In this document: positions 10,881-24,590 of the stretch, in pieces
Layout: the number at the start of each line of letters is the position of its first letter
Numbering within the stretch: the first letter of the stretch is position 1
Assembly: GCA_008632985.1 (NCBI GenBank)
Contig: QPGO01000017.1
Span: 310,001 to 374,000, forward strand
DNA from: Psammoneis japonica
Lineage: Eukaryota
DNA length: 64,000 nucleotides
Reading direction: 5' to 3'
The notes under the pieces: generated by a model
The model's input: only the letters and a program-made list of their open reading frames with translations
Told to the model about the DNA's origin: nothing
Database searches by the model: none
Position numbers and translations under genes: made by a program

Positions 10881-12464
10881 CTAGAGCGAGAAGCGACAAA
10901 GCTCTTGACATGAACCCTGTGCACACGATGTCACCTTTTCGTGACACCAACACAAGAGAGCTTGGTCTGCAGCCACATCAAAGTCAATCACCGCAAGCCT
11001 TTCGGACTCTCCAAGACAACGTTTCATTTGCGACTGAAGTCGTTTCATTGCTGGGCTGTTATTCAGCTTGCTTTGCACGCCTGTAAAGCATACTGTGGAC
11101 GTGTCTTTGTCGTCACACCAGCCGGTACTCTGACTTATCGCCTGGCTGGCACTCTCTGTCACCAAGAGACGTTTCCAGTGTTGTCCCGGTTCCGGCTCTA
11201 TGCTTTCAATCTGCAATCTTAAAATGTCTGCTATTGCGGACCGATCCAGAGGTGCAAACGGGATCACTGCATCAAACGACTATTACAGAAAGTTAGTAAG
11301 CATGGGCGTGTTGTGTACAATTAACAAAAGTGACGTCTGAAAACTCACCACTGTTGTGCCTTCCTTCTCGTATTGTCCAAAGAACGCGTTAACTTCGCGC
11401 TCAACAGATCCAAAATCTTGTGCAACAACGTCATTGCCAATATTGGTAGTAAAGATGAAAACAACCTTGTCTAGATCAAAGTTGGCCGTGCTTGGAGCTC
11501 TTGCCAACTGGCATAGCCACTGAACGAGAACCGGTGGCATCTTTTCAACGTGACGAACAATAATCACAGCTCCATTGCCTCTTTGTCTCTGTACATGATG
11601 GCCAATACTCTTTGAAATAGCATCAATAGTACCGCGTTGCTTGTCTGACTAAAGTCCCCGCCTTGCAGAACGAGGACGCGGTCGTTAATTTCGGCCGAGT
11701 CACCTTCATGGCATTGTTGAAATAGTAGAGAACTACTTGTCGTGCCATTTCCGTTTTACCACCGGAACCAGCAAAGAGAAGCATCAAGGAGAGTGACTGC
11801 TGTTGTCGGTGTTGTCCCGAGCATTTGTCATAGCAGAAGTAACCATTGACACCGCCTTTGGTTGCTGCACCATTCGTTCAGACAACCACTCCTCTATGAA
11901 ATCTGAAGATGACGGAATCATTAGAGGGCAAATATTTCGTCGCCGATCTATCCATCCCGCTTGCCACTGCCGAATAGTATCACTCCATCCCAAAACATCT
12001 TCTCGCAATCCAATCATGCACCACGACAAGGCGTACGACAAGGCATATGCAAAAGATTTTGTTGAAGATACGATCCCTTCTACCTCAGCAAGTATGAATT
12101 CAGACCATATTTGAGGTGTACCTTGTGGGTTTGGGGGAGGCGCCGGTGGCCCATACTGAGCAATCAAACCGGCGACAACCACGACAAGCATCGTCACGAA
12201 CCAGACATGAGTAGATTTGCTCCTTTGGGTAGTAGGATACGAAGCCTCTGAATAGATTTCATGATCCATGGGCGACTGCACCAAGTAAATCGAGCCAATG
12301 TTACTTCCATCATATGTAGTGAGGCGAGAGCTTTCAATCGCACCTTGCTGGAAAGAATTCAGACTTGCTGCAGCAGTACGCATCGTGCCACGAGATGCAT
12401 CAGTACTTTGCTCATCTTCGTCATCTTCTGCCAAATCAACCTCATCAACATGAAATCGTACCAT
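10881..12464 (-). CDS. Membrane-anchored torsin/ClpB-D2-like AAA+ fold protein with degenerate Walker motifs (several frameshifts, one intron near 11280-11350)
   Basis: Acidic N-terminus; TM segment WFVTMLVVVVAGLIAQY; LSERMVQQPKAV; (P)LMLLFAGSGGKTEMARQV; AVIIVRHVEKMPP; KVVFIFTTNIG; FDAVIPFAPL. Confidence 0.6.
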
Positions 12465-12803
12465 TCGTTCTTTCAGACTTTGCTTTAGATTGCAAGTTTT
12501 TAAAAGAGAGATTGACGTCGAAGCAGAGTAGGGCCTAGTGATTGTGTGTTGTGGGTTGCTCTTTTTGTGTTTTCAGTTTGGGTTTGGGGGTTGGTGTGCT
12601 CTGGCTGTCGGCACTCGGCACTCACGAGTCACGAGCTCGTCGCGAGGTCGAAGATCTTCGCGCCATTTTTCACTCGATCCCCCGTAGAATTCTACGTGAG
12701 TTTGCTACCACGGCGTAAGCTAGCCGACGCATCCCCAGCGCAAAACAAGAAAAACAAAGCAACACCATAGCCCTACCACATCAACAATCGACTGTTGTTA
12801 ACC

Positions 12804-15750
12804 ATGACGGAGCCGGAATACTCCTTTCCGACTGGAGACACAACTCCATTTCCATATGAGACTCCTTATCCACAGCAAGTGGATTTGATGGACAGTATTC
12901 TCAAAACTCTCAAGCAGCACTCTGAGAAAGGGCCACCTCCGAATCGGGCCGCAATTCTCATGTTGGAGTCGCCCACCGGCACGGGCAAATCTCTATCCTT
13001 GGCTTGTGCTGCCGTGGCGTGGTTGCGTCATGTCGAACAATGTGATCTTGCCTCGACCTCAACAATGAAAAGTCAACAAGAAACAAATAACTCACCAGCG
13101 ACTGGCTTGGATTGGCTGGATGATTTTGTAGCTCCTCAGCAACTGCAAGCAGAGCAAAAGATGCAAGAGGGACTCCAACGAGCCCAAGTGGCGCGACAGT
13201 CACTCGATAACGCTCTAACATCGATACATTCAAGGCTCAAATTAGATTTATGCGATGGACGATTGCGTGAGCGACGAGAGAACCTGGCGAGATCTGCCGT
13301 GACGGCGTCGAAAATGGAAGAACGAAAACGACGACGAAAACAAGGAAAAGTCACCTCAAGGCCAAAAGCAACCAGCGCGCTTTCGAATACCGACTTTTGC
13401 GTAGAGGAGTATCATTCTGATGATAACAATGCGGGGAACGATTCCGATTCTGATTCAGAGGAGCAAGAGAATATCCCGCTTCATGCAAACGGCATACAGT
13501 CACTGTTAGAAGGTGGCTTGCTAGATGGATCGGGTGTGTCCAAGCGGTGGTCTCGTCAAGACCGCAAAATATCCGAAACCCTGTTTTCTGTTGGCTCTGT
13601 GTATCCGGGTAGTGGAGTACGAAAAATCATTTATGCGGCAAGAACGCATTCACAACTCTCGCAGTTTGTCGGCGAACTGCGTCGCACCCAATGGGGATCC
13701 AACTTGAGATCGTGGCATTGGGAGGACGGCAATCATTATGCGGCAACCACAGTGTCAAGGAAGTGGGCGCTTTATCAATTCCGAGGCTACCATTTCTGAA
13801 TCATGCTTGGATATGCAAAAGGGCAAGTCCTCGGGAAACAAGAGATCGCAAGCAGACAAGCACAGCAAGGGGGGCTGTCCTTTGCTTTCTTCCAAGAGCG
13901 CCACTTCTACCTTGGCACTTCATCTGTTGTCACAACCGTCAGACATTGAGGATGCTGCGAGACTAGGCGAAGCTTCGCATACATGTGCTTACTACGCGTC
14001 AAGAGTGAGTGTGCCTTGGCTGTGCATCACGTGCTTCTTTCCGGCTACTTCGTTCTAACTTGCTTGTTTTTATTCTATAAAGGAATCACTCACCGCCGCG
14101 GAGGTTGTGGTGCTACCCTACTCCATGTTGCTTTCAAAACAGGCACGGGAGGCAGTTGGATTGTCCCTGAAGCAAAGCTTTGTTATTGTTGATGAGGCAC
14201 ACAACTTACCCGAGGCTCTTCGATCCCTTCATTTGTGTCGGCTCACTCTCCCCGTCGTTGAGTCCTCGCTAGCAGCCTTGGTGGCATACACCAACAAGTA
14301 TTCTTCCCGTCTTGCGGGTCGAAACCTCTATTATCTTGGACAAATCCGCAAGTGCCTGAATGCCTTCATTCGGCATCTTACCAAACAACCTTCCGACTCG
14401 GCTCCAAACGCAATGATGTCACCAACAGAGCTCCTTATTCAGCTTGGCTTGGATAATATCAATCTCTTCAAGATCCTGCGGTACTTGGAGCACTCCCGAC
14501 TTTCTCAGAAACTTCTTGGTTTTATACACATGACTGCTCAAGACTCTAACGATGAAAACGATACTCCCCCGAATGAATCAAATGACGCTCAGGCTCTCTC
14601 CAAACACGTTTCTCCCTTGTCAATTGTACAGACGTTCATGGAACGACTTACGTCAACCTCTTCTGATGGAAAGGTTGTGACAGATTGGCCACGCGATGGG
14701 AGTGACGTGCGGTCAAGTCATTCTGTGCGGCATCCCACGCTACGGTATGTGTTACTTCATCCAGCGGCTCACTTTGAAGACATTGTCAACGACGCCCACG
14801 CTGTGGCTCTTGTGGGCGGCACCCTCCGCCCGTTTGCCCATGTTGCGGCGGAACTACTGACTGCCTCTGACATTGTTCAAGACGCAGCTCAGGCCGATGC
14901 CAAGATGAAATCATTCACTACGACATCATCACTCTTTTCGTCATTGAACTTGACCGCCTTTAGTTGTGATCATGTTGTCCCTTCCAGTAATGTCAGGCTG
15001 GCATGTCTTGCTACAGGCCCTAACAACGTCAAATTGGACTTTCGACACCAGTCTCGCAAGAACCAAGCCGTATGTGACGAGATAGGACGTGCACTCGTCG
15101 AGATTTGCAAGGTCGTGCCTCATGGGATGGTTGTGTTTCTCCCAAGCTATACGTACGAAGCCCATCTGGTCTATCGATGGCGGACAACTGGACTGTTTGA
15201 GAAGCTCGATAAGGAAAAGAAGGTGCACCGGGAACCCAAAAGCTCACAACAAGTGGAAACTGCGTTGGGGTCCTATTCTCGAGATGCGCAGTCCTCTCGT
15301 GGAGCATTGTTGCTATCGGTTGTGGGGGGAAGATGAGCGAAGGCATCAACTTTGCAGACGATATGGCAAGATGCGTCATGGTGGTTGGACTGCCGTACCC
15401 GGATATTACCGATCCGGAACTCAAGGAGAAAATGTCCAACATGGACCAAAGAGCCAAATCTCAGGTGTCCAACCTAGGATCCAGCATGATTACTGGCAAC
15501 GCCTACTACCAAAACTTGTGCATGAGAGCTGTCAATCAAAGTATCGGCCGCGCCATTCGCCACGCAAATGATCATGCAGCGGTGATTTTGGCTGACTCGC
15601 GGTATGTGACAGATCGTAGGATCTGGCATGGACTGCCCGAATGGTTACGTCGAGGAGCAGGGAGGCAACGGGGCAAGCTGCGGAAGCCCAGCTTTTGAAC
15701 AAGTCCTCAACTCCCTCGGCGGTTTCTTTGAAGGTCGCAAGGAAACATGA
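12804..15750 (+). CDS. DDX11: ChlR1/DDX11 Fe-S DNA helicase (XPD family); intron ~14005-14082; frameshifts near 13707, 15330 and 15680
   Basis: FPYETPYPQQVDLM, LESPTGTGKSLSLAC, IIYAARTHSQLSQFVGEL, VIVDEAHNL, SEGINFADDMARCVMVVGLPYP, MRAVNQSIGRAIRH. Confidence 0.93.
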
Positions 15751-15868
15751 AAGCATGGGCCATTTCTACTTATCAAATGTTACTTTACAATCGCTACATA
15801 AACTTATGTCCTTGCTTGACAACTGACTACTCGTAGTAAGCGAGGTACCCCCAGAGAGAACACAAAAC

Positions 15869-17201
15869 TCATTCTGTCTTTGCCCGTGCAGTGGGTTTCG
15901 TATCTTCTTCCTCTGTTGGTCGCTTTGTGCCAGCCAACGTGGACACTGAAGCAACCGAGGCTTGATGCGTCGCAGGAGGTCTGAGTGTCTGCAGACTGTA
16001 AGCTGCGACCTGTGACAACGAATGCATCATGTCAGGCATGCGGGTTGATGTATGCGCATGAGCCATGCTGGTATGAGTATGAGCCATGCCGGCCACATTT
16101 CCGTTGGCAGCCAACATTTGCTGAACTAAAACCGCGAGCCTGTCGTAGTCGGCTGCGAGATTATTGATTCGCCGATCGTACTCCGCAGCCATATTAGTGA
16201 TGCATTCCTTGAGCTTGGCTTGTTCTGCACGAAGCGACTCAACTTCGTCTTTCGACTGCTGGTCCGCTTTGGTGGCCCGTTTAATGCTCGCAAGCAAATC
16301 AGGGCGGTCCTTTTGGAACTTCTCGTGGTAGAATCGTACGTAACAGGCAGTTCTCGCGTCAAAATCCGCTGTGAGAATCGGCTCGGCTTTGAGCTTTCGA
16401 AAACCTGTGATTCGTAAGATGCAACGTGCAAGAGTAAGTGAACCATGTGAAACGATTTGCACCAATTCAAAAAGTAGTATTCTAGATCCTACAGCAAAAA
16501 ACTCACCGTAAAAGTTGAGCTGTCTCGCAAAAGAGGAAAAGTTTGAATGCTTGAAATACTGAGGAAGAACGCAGCCAGAAAACTTTTCTACGTTCTTGAC
16601 AACGAAGTTGTCGCCCGTTGTCGACCAAGTTGCAATCTCTGGATCGCACCGGTCAATCATGTGATAAGTTTCTGCGCAAAAAGAAAAATGAGGAAAAGCA
16701 TGTTAGACTAGAGATTTAACGAATTTGCTTTATATTCCCAGCCGAGCTGAACCCGAAGTGTGCCATGAGATCCTCAACGCACATTCCTTGACCTTCGCAC
16801 GACACTGGTACACCCAAACGTAGAACACGGAATCCGGCTGCACACGAGCCAACAGAAACGAACGATGACAACCTTCGCTAGGCGGCACTTTACTTACTGG
16901 TGAGGAACATTGGGAGTTGGTGCTGCTTTGGACAGGCCTTGGCTTTTCTTCCTTTCTCATTTGTAGTAGAGGTGCTGGGAAGGCCATTTCCAGAACCAGA
17001 TGAGGAAGGTTGCAGAGAAGACGTCGTGCCCAAAGAACACAGAGCATCACACGTCACTTGATGCTCAATTCTTTCTGCCTGCTCCGTCATGGCACTTGGA
17101 ATGTTTGCAGGAGCTTGAGACATAATTGGAGGTTCTTTAGCTTTGCCTTCGTCCTCGGGTGGCATGGGGTCTCTTCGTTTCGCTTTCAAATGGGCCAACA
17201 T
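15869..17201 (-). CDS. HSF: Second heat shock transcription factor; introns ~16674-16896 and ~16406-16507
   Basis: LPMFLT-KTYHMIDRCDPEIATWSTTGDNFVVKN...[23 protein letters not shown]...FYHEKFQKDRPDLLASIKR, then a coiled coil. Confidence 0.92.
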
Positions 17202-17582
17202 GGGGGTCGTCGCAACCCCGTCACCAAGCGCTGTTGATCAAAACGAAGAAGACAAACTTGCAGCGAGAAGCTCTTCGACGTTCGTGCGTTCTTCCTGGTT
17301 GTTCCCAGGTTGTTCCACGGTTCGGTACATACTGAGTCCTACGTATTTCTACACATCAGGGACTCGAACAGCGCAGCGCATTCATGGCTTTTTCGCAGAA
17401 CTTATACCTTTTTCTCTTTTTCCACCTTTTTGATTTTTTCGTTGTTTGATCGATCGGATGACCACCAGGCCGATGACACGTAAGCGCTGCGTCATTCGGA
17501 GAAAGACCATAATTGAATTCGCAATGTTTGAGGTGACGTTGATTTCCTTCCGCGCGCTCCCAGCAATGCCAGCATACAGTAC
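17201..17582 (+). repeat. 382-bp segment repeated at 19083-19464 across the assembly gap (probable haplotype overlap)
   Basis: Near-identical; two substitutions seen (cccaggttg/cccagtttg and accataatt/accttaatt). The second copy starts exactly at the end of the N run. Confidence 0.9.
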
Positions 17583-18967
17583 TATCATAGGGCCCTACCG
17601 GCGGACTCAACCGGTCCCGCTGCCTCAACCGGTCCCGCCGGCTGACTGACGGACGCTCGCTAGAATTAGTACGTAGCCCTACGCACAAGCCGCCGCGATG
17701 GATGAGTTTGAGAGTGCCGCCACAACGCAATGATAACGCAAAGCGACTTCTTCTCGAAGGACATGCGATACAATCCTACCCTTGAAGAAAGCTAGAATAC
17801 TAGAAGCTATACAATCATATCTCTAAAGAACAACAAAATGCTATAAGTCTATAAGTCATTTCAATGGATTGCTTATCGTCGTCAACGGACAACGCCGAAG
17901 ATGCCGCGACGAGTCGAAAATCACAAAAAAATTGATCTCTTACCTTTTGCGCCAAGTTCTACTCTAGAGTGGCACTGTAGCACTCTAGAGAGTAGTAGCC
18001 CTAAATAGAGAGGCCATCCGCACGCACACCCACACTAACTAACTCTACCAGCGAGAAGAAACAGCACGTTCGCCCCAACTCCATCTGTGCCCTGGTCCAA
18101 ATTTCATCCATTGCACTTGTACCTCTCTACACCCGACTAGGAACTGAGTGCTCCAGGATCTGATTTCCCCATATGAGCAAAGAGTATCAAAAGATATCTG
18201 TCATGTAGAACATGGGCCTGGAAATGCCACTGCAAGCTTTAACGGTCAACGACAGTCACACTGGAAAATGACAGGCAAAATGAAAATATGAGTGGAACAA
18301 CGTACACAATAATAATCCATTGGGGTTACATGTCACAGTATACTCACTAGGGCACCTTTTAAATGTAGAGCTGAGTCGCCTTACTAATTTTTATGCCCCC
18401 AAGTAACATCAGCGGTTCGTGGCATCCGCGCATTCAAGAGGAGGCGATGAACCCGCCAACACAAGCCTCAACCTTCCCATTTTACCCATTGCAAAGCCTA
18501 GAGTCGTAGTTACACCACAAAGATCTCCCAAAATAACGTGGACAATATTGTGTCTTAGATAATGATGATAATGCGGTTGAAGGGTAGGTGGAAAGGGTCA
18601 AAAAGGACCAGACACCTGTGCGCATGATCGAGACGCACCAAAAAAGGCTCGTGAGGTATGCAAGTTTCGTCAAAACGAGTCCAAAACTCAATCAATCACA
18701 ACATGCTCACAGGGTTACCTTCTTTGGACTATGGAAAGGCTGTCTGACAAATGCCAATGTCGTGAGTATCCCCGAGACTCCATCGCATCGTTTTGTTCCC
18801 ACGGCATGCACTTTCAAGAAATTGTTATCGCCGAAAAACGACATGCTGTGATTGCGAGCCGACCAAGACCTTCAAAAACATATCAAGCTTGTCACAAGTC
18901 CAAATAAATAGTAAAAATAGATGTACCAAAAGATGTGGAGTGGGATGAAGCACAAGGCTCCCAAACG

Positions 18968-19082
18968 NNNNNNNNNNNNNNNNNNNNNNNNNNNNNNNNN
19001 NNNNNNNNNNNNNNNNNNNNNNNNNNNNNNNNNNNNNNNNNNNNNNNNNNNNNNNNNNNNNNNNNNNNNNNNNNNNNNNNNN
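18968..19082. other. Assembly gap (N run)
   Basis: 115 consecutive n characters. Confidence 1.
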
Positions 19083-19711
19083 TGGGGGTCGTCGCAACCC
19101 CGTCACCAAGCGCTGTTGATCAAAACGAAGAAGACAAACTTGCAGCGAGAAGCTCTTCGACGTTCGTGCGTTCTTCCTGGTTGTTCCCAGTTTGTTCCAC
19201 GGTTCGGTACATACTGAGTCCTACGTATTTCTACACATCAGGGACTCGAACAGCGCAGCGCATTCATGGCTTTTTCGCAGAACTTATACCTTTTTCTCTT
19301 TTTCCACCTTTTTGATTTTTTCGTTGTTTGATCGATCGGATGACCACCAGGCCGATGACACGTAAGCGCTGCGTCATTCGGAGAAAGACCTTAATTGAAT
19401 TCGCAATGTTTGAGGTGACGTTGATTTCCTTCCGCGCGCTCCCAGCAATGCCAGCATACAGTACAGCAAGGCGCCGCAACTACAGAAAACATGCTGACAT
19501 GTGGCGCGAGGACACCGCAGAGGTTGGAGTCACACCAAAAGAAGTGCGAAGCGAGTTGGAATGCTGTGTTCTGACGCAAACAGCCACACTGTGTGAAACG
19601 ACATTGTTCTGACGCAATCTACAAAACAACGACATTGTGTTAGACTAGGCAGGTACAACTCTGCTTTATTTATTATTAAAACGAAACCAACACCAGAGAC
19701 TGTCAAAGAAA

Positions 19712-22700
19712 ATGTGTTCAGAGAACGGAAGCGAACACAACGAGAAATCCTCATCATTGACTCAGAAGAAAACCGAAGACAGCGACTCAGACACGAAAGC
19801 GCTAGAGACGAGCTCCACTGAGCATTACGATGATCCTCTGGGAATTTGGGAATCATCTCTTGAAGACCGCGCCGGAATCGTGTCTCAATGGTTTCTCTTT
19901 TACTTGACGCCACTGCTGCGTTTCGGGGCAAACAAAGTTATTGAAGCCGAGGACGTTGGCGTTCCTAGTAATCAAGATTTGGCGGCAAATGCATTCGACG
20001 TTGCAAGTAAGGCATGGGACGTTGAGTCAGAAAGGTGCGAGGCCATTAACAAAAAGGCTCGATCGGATTACGAGGCAAAGCTCGCCAAGTGCACCACGGC
20101 AGAAGAGCGCGAGAAAGTGAAGGCACCAAAGCTTGCGGAACCAAGCATCGCAACAGCTCTACTTAAAGGCTTTGGCACGTGGAAGGTGGTGTTTGCAATC
20201 TTCATCTACGCGGTTTCGGCCGTTCTGAGCTTTGTCCCTGTGTTGATTTTGAATGACTTGGTCAAATACTTTCAATCAGACGGCAATACCGGCGAACACA
20301 CAGGAATTCGACACCCATGGGTCGAAGTTGTTGGACTTGGCGTCGTACCTCTCATCATATCGCTGCTCCAGACGCGTCACTCGGTGATTATGTCTCACTG
20401 TGCAACCTTTGTTAGAACAGCGGTATCCACCCTTTTGTATCGCAAGTCCCTCCGCGTGTCTGCCGCGGGCCGCGCCATGACCAGTACAGGACAGGTCGTG
20501 AATATGATGAGCAACGATACTGCGCAGCTTCAACGGTTTTTGCAGTTTGGTGGGATGACGCTAGTGGCACCTATATGGATCATCCTCAGTCTTGTTCTTA
20601 TTTATGAGCAGGTTGGAAACGCAACATGGGTAGGAGTCGGGCTTATGGTGGCCTTTGCGCCCATCAATGTCTTGGTTTTTTCTGTAGTTGGAAAGATGAG
20701 GCGCAAAGTGCTCAAGTACTCGGACCTGCGAGTCAAAATGATGAACGAGATTCTCTCGGGAATCAGAATCATCAAGTTTTACGCGTGGGAACGTGCATTT
20801 GGCAGAGAAGTATCGAAGCTTCGCGAAAAAGAGTTGGAGGCCCTAACCAGACTCGCCTATGTTTCTGCTGTGGGGTTCTCTCTCATACTACTCTCAATGC
20901 CCTTGATCCAACCAGTTTTGGTTTTCGTGACTTACATCAATATCCAAGACAAACCGCTTGACGCGGCAACTGCTTTCACTACAGTCGCCCTGTTCAACAT
21001 CATGCGCTTCCCGTTTGCGTTCCTACCAATGGGTTTGCTTCAATACATTCAGAGCAAAATATCACTTCGACGGCTCGAGCGTTATTTGCAGCTCCCCGAA
21101 CTTGGTGACTACGTCAACACTGGAGCACCACCTGGCTCAGATAATGAGTCTGTAGGTGCGCAGCATGGAAGCATCAGCATCGAGAACGGGAGCTTTTCTT
21201 GGGTAGATCCAGATGCTTCTCCCATCCGCCCCGTTCAAGAGGAGAAGAAGAAAAAGAAGCGTCGTCGAAGCTCAGCGGCATCAAAGGAACAGGAATCGGA
21301 CGCTCAGAGTATTAGTGCCAGTATGCATAGCGTCTTGAGCAGCATTGCCACTGATGACGAATCCAGGGCGGAAAATCCCATAACACTCCAAGACATAACG
21401 TGCAGCATCAGAGCTGGAAGTCTTGTGGCTGTTGTAGGCAAAGTAGGTTCCGGGAAATCCTCGTTTCTTTCTGCTATCTTAGGGGAAATGGAGAGTTTAA
21501 ACGATTCCAAAATATACGTTCCCCGTGCAGAATCTGAGTGGAAAAAGCCTGGGTACATGTCATACTGCTCCCAAACGCCTTGGGTGGTGAACGATACTCT
21601 ACGAGGGAACATTCTGTTTGGGCGGGAGTTTAATCAAGAGCGGTATGATAATGTTGTCGCCGCCTGTGCGCTTTCCGATGACCTCCGCGTTCTCCCTGCC
21701 TCTGACCTAACGAGTATCGGCGAGCGAGGAATTAATCTGTCTGGAGGACAGAAGGCCCGTGTGTCGCTTGCTAGAGCCCTCTACTCTCAAGATACCCGCG
21801 TGCTGCTCCTTGATGACCCTCTCTCTGCTGTGGACGCTCATGTTGGAGAACATCTGTTTGAGAATGCTATCTCCGGAAGTATTTCGGAAGGTTGCACGCG
21901 CGTTTTGGTCACCCACCACGTACATTTCCTTCCCCGTTGCGACGCAGTGATTATGTTGGAAGATGGGCGTATCAAATACCATGGAAGGTACGAGGACTTG
22001 GTGAAACAAGGAGTTGACTTTGCTGGAGCTGTAGAAGCCGCGAAAACGGCAAGTTCAGACAGATCCACAGAGAGCAACGAACAGAAAGCTTCAAGTAGCA
22101 GCGAGCAGAAAGAACCCGAGCCAAGAAAGAAGCTCGACGATGATACTGATGAGAAACAGAAAGCCGAAATGGAAGAGAGGGGGAAGTCTCTCATTAGTAA
22201 AGAGGAACGAGAGGAGGGAAGTGTTGCTGGATCTGCATATCTGAAATACGCAAGGGCTGGCGGTCTTTTTCTTGCCATTTTTGCGGTTCTCGTACAGGCT
22301 ATTGGGCGTGGTTTTGAGATCGTAGCTTCGTTTTGGCTATCCCTCTGGGCGGAAGAATCTGTGGACGCGGCTGTAGCTGGGGAACCTTTGTCAGATTCAA
22401 GGACCACCTTCTACATTTCTTTGTATGCCATGTGGTCTCTCCTTGGCATAGTTGGGCTCACCTTCCGCGCAATTCTCTTGGCGGTGCATCGGCTTCATGC
22501 TTCCAGAAAGATTCACGAAGACTTAACTCGCAGCATTTTGCGGGCTCCAGGTGCGTTTTCGTAGAAAACTCCAAATGGATGACGACTACAGCGATATCGT
22601 GTGCTGACAATTCTTTGCTTGGTGTTTTGAAGTTGCCTTCCATGATGTCACTCCTCTCGGTCGCATCCTGAATCGGTTTGCAGCTGACATGGACAAAATT

Positions 22701-24590
22701 GATCTCCAGTTAACACAAAGCTTAGGCCAAGGGTTCTCTACCATCTTTAGGTGAGAAGAGGAGGTGAATCGAAAACTGAGTTGTTCTCCTGATCTCACTA
22801 ACGAATATCTGTTAAACCTGCACTGTGCTTGCCCCACAATACTATCGCAAAAATCGCACTTTCGTCGTAACTTGCCCGGAAACGATCAATGCGTTCAGTG
22901 TACTCGGTGCTATTGGAGCGATTATTGCAGCTACAAGGGGTACATTCCTTGTCCCGTTGCTCCCTCTGGGCTATGTCTACTACACCATTCAGGTAATGCT
23001 CACTCCCAAACCCCGCCTCTATCTGTATATCTTTTTTCTTGGAAATCTTCTCACCTCTCACGCCTGTCAATTCATGTAGAAATGGTTCAGGAAGACTTCA
23101 ACAGAGCTACAGCGAGTCAACAGTATCGCAAACTCTCCCATTTTTTCTGACTTCTCTCAAACTCTGTCAGGTGAGTCCAATGGCAACGTACTATTATCAC
23201 TGCTGAACGTCGAACTTGAGGGTGGCAACAATCCGGAGCTGAAAAATTCCGAATGAAGCACATGAAGCAGATACACCTAATTGCTACCAGAACCTTCTGA
23301 ATCCGTTCCTAATAATTGTTTGTTGTCAATTAGGTACAACAACCATTAGAGCTTATGGAGAGGAAGAGAGATTCTTTAAGCAATGCCAGTCTTCGTTCGA
23401 TAAAATGAACGCATCATATCTGTTGGTTCAGCTTACGAATTTTTGGTTGGGACTACGGCTTGATGTTTTGGGTGGGCTCATCGGGGCCTTCATTGGTGGT
23501 ATTGCAGTTGCAACGTCGTCTGCAAACTTTATTCCCGCTGGCTGGCTCGGGCTGGCTCTTTCATATTCAATTGAAGTTACCGGATTCCTTAAGCATGGTG
23601 TCCGTATGATCGCGACGGTCGAGGCAGAGATGAATTCTGTAGAACGTGTCCTTTACTACACGGAAAATATAGAAGCCGAGGCTCCCGAAGTCGTCCCAGA
23701 CAAAGATCCAAGCCCGGGGACATGGCCTAGCAGGGGCGAAATTGAAATAAAGCATGCGAGTATGCGTTATCGGGATGGTCCTCTAGTGTTGAAAGATTTG
23801 TCTTTGACTATACACGGCGGAGAGAAAATCGGTGTTGTTGGCAGGTAAATAATATCTGCTGCCGTTCGTGTGCAATTCCATTGGAGACCGTTGGACAGAG
23901 ATTGCTTGTGCATCAGCCTCACATCTCCTTTGCGCCTTCGCATTGTTTCAACAGAACTGGAAGTGGTAAGAGCTCGTTGATGACGATTCTTTTTCGAATA
24001 TCTGAAATTGAAAATGACGGGGGCGGAATAGAAATCGACGGCGTGAACACGGCTGAGATAGGAACTTCGTCGCTCCGTTCAAATCTTTCCATTATTCCAC
24101 AAGATCCTGTCATGTTTTCAAATACAGTTCGATACAATATTGATCCGTTTGGCACTTCCTCAGAAGAGGAACTTTGGGACGTGCTACAAAAGGTCAAGCT
24201 TGCAGAAGTCATTGCTTTGCTCCCAGCTGGGCTAGACGAGCAGGTTGCAGAAGGAGGGGAGAATTTTTCTCAAGGTCAGCGACAACTGCTCTGTATCGCC
24301 AGGTCGCTGTTACGGAAACCGAAAATACTTGTCATGGACGAGGCAACTGCAAGTATTGACAACGCAACTGATGCTGCGATTCAGACCATGATTCGGGAGA
24401 ACTTTGTAGATGCCACGGTACTTACAATAGCTCACCGCCTGAATACGATCATGGACAGTGATCGAGTGTTGGTTCTCGATGATGGCAGAGTCGTCGAGTT
24501 TGATTCACCTCAGTGTTGCTCAACCTAGAGAATGGTCACTTTAGAGCCATGGTTGAGAAAAGCCGAGCTTCTCATAGTGAATTGGAATAG
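19712..24590 (+). CDS. ABCC: ABCC/MRP-type full ABC transporter (TMD-NBD-TMD-NBD), multi-exon, frameshift near 24515
   Basis: [45 protein letters not shown]; second [59 protein letters not shown]. Confidence 0.95.

Noticed and set aside
19083..19464. True tandem segmental duplication
   Set aside because: The copy starts exactly at the N gap and differs by about two SNPs, typical of two haplotypes scaffolded together.
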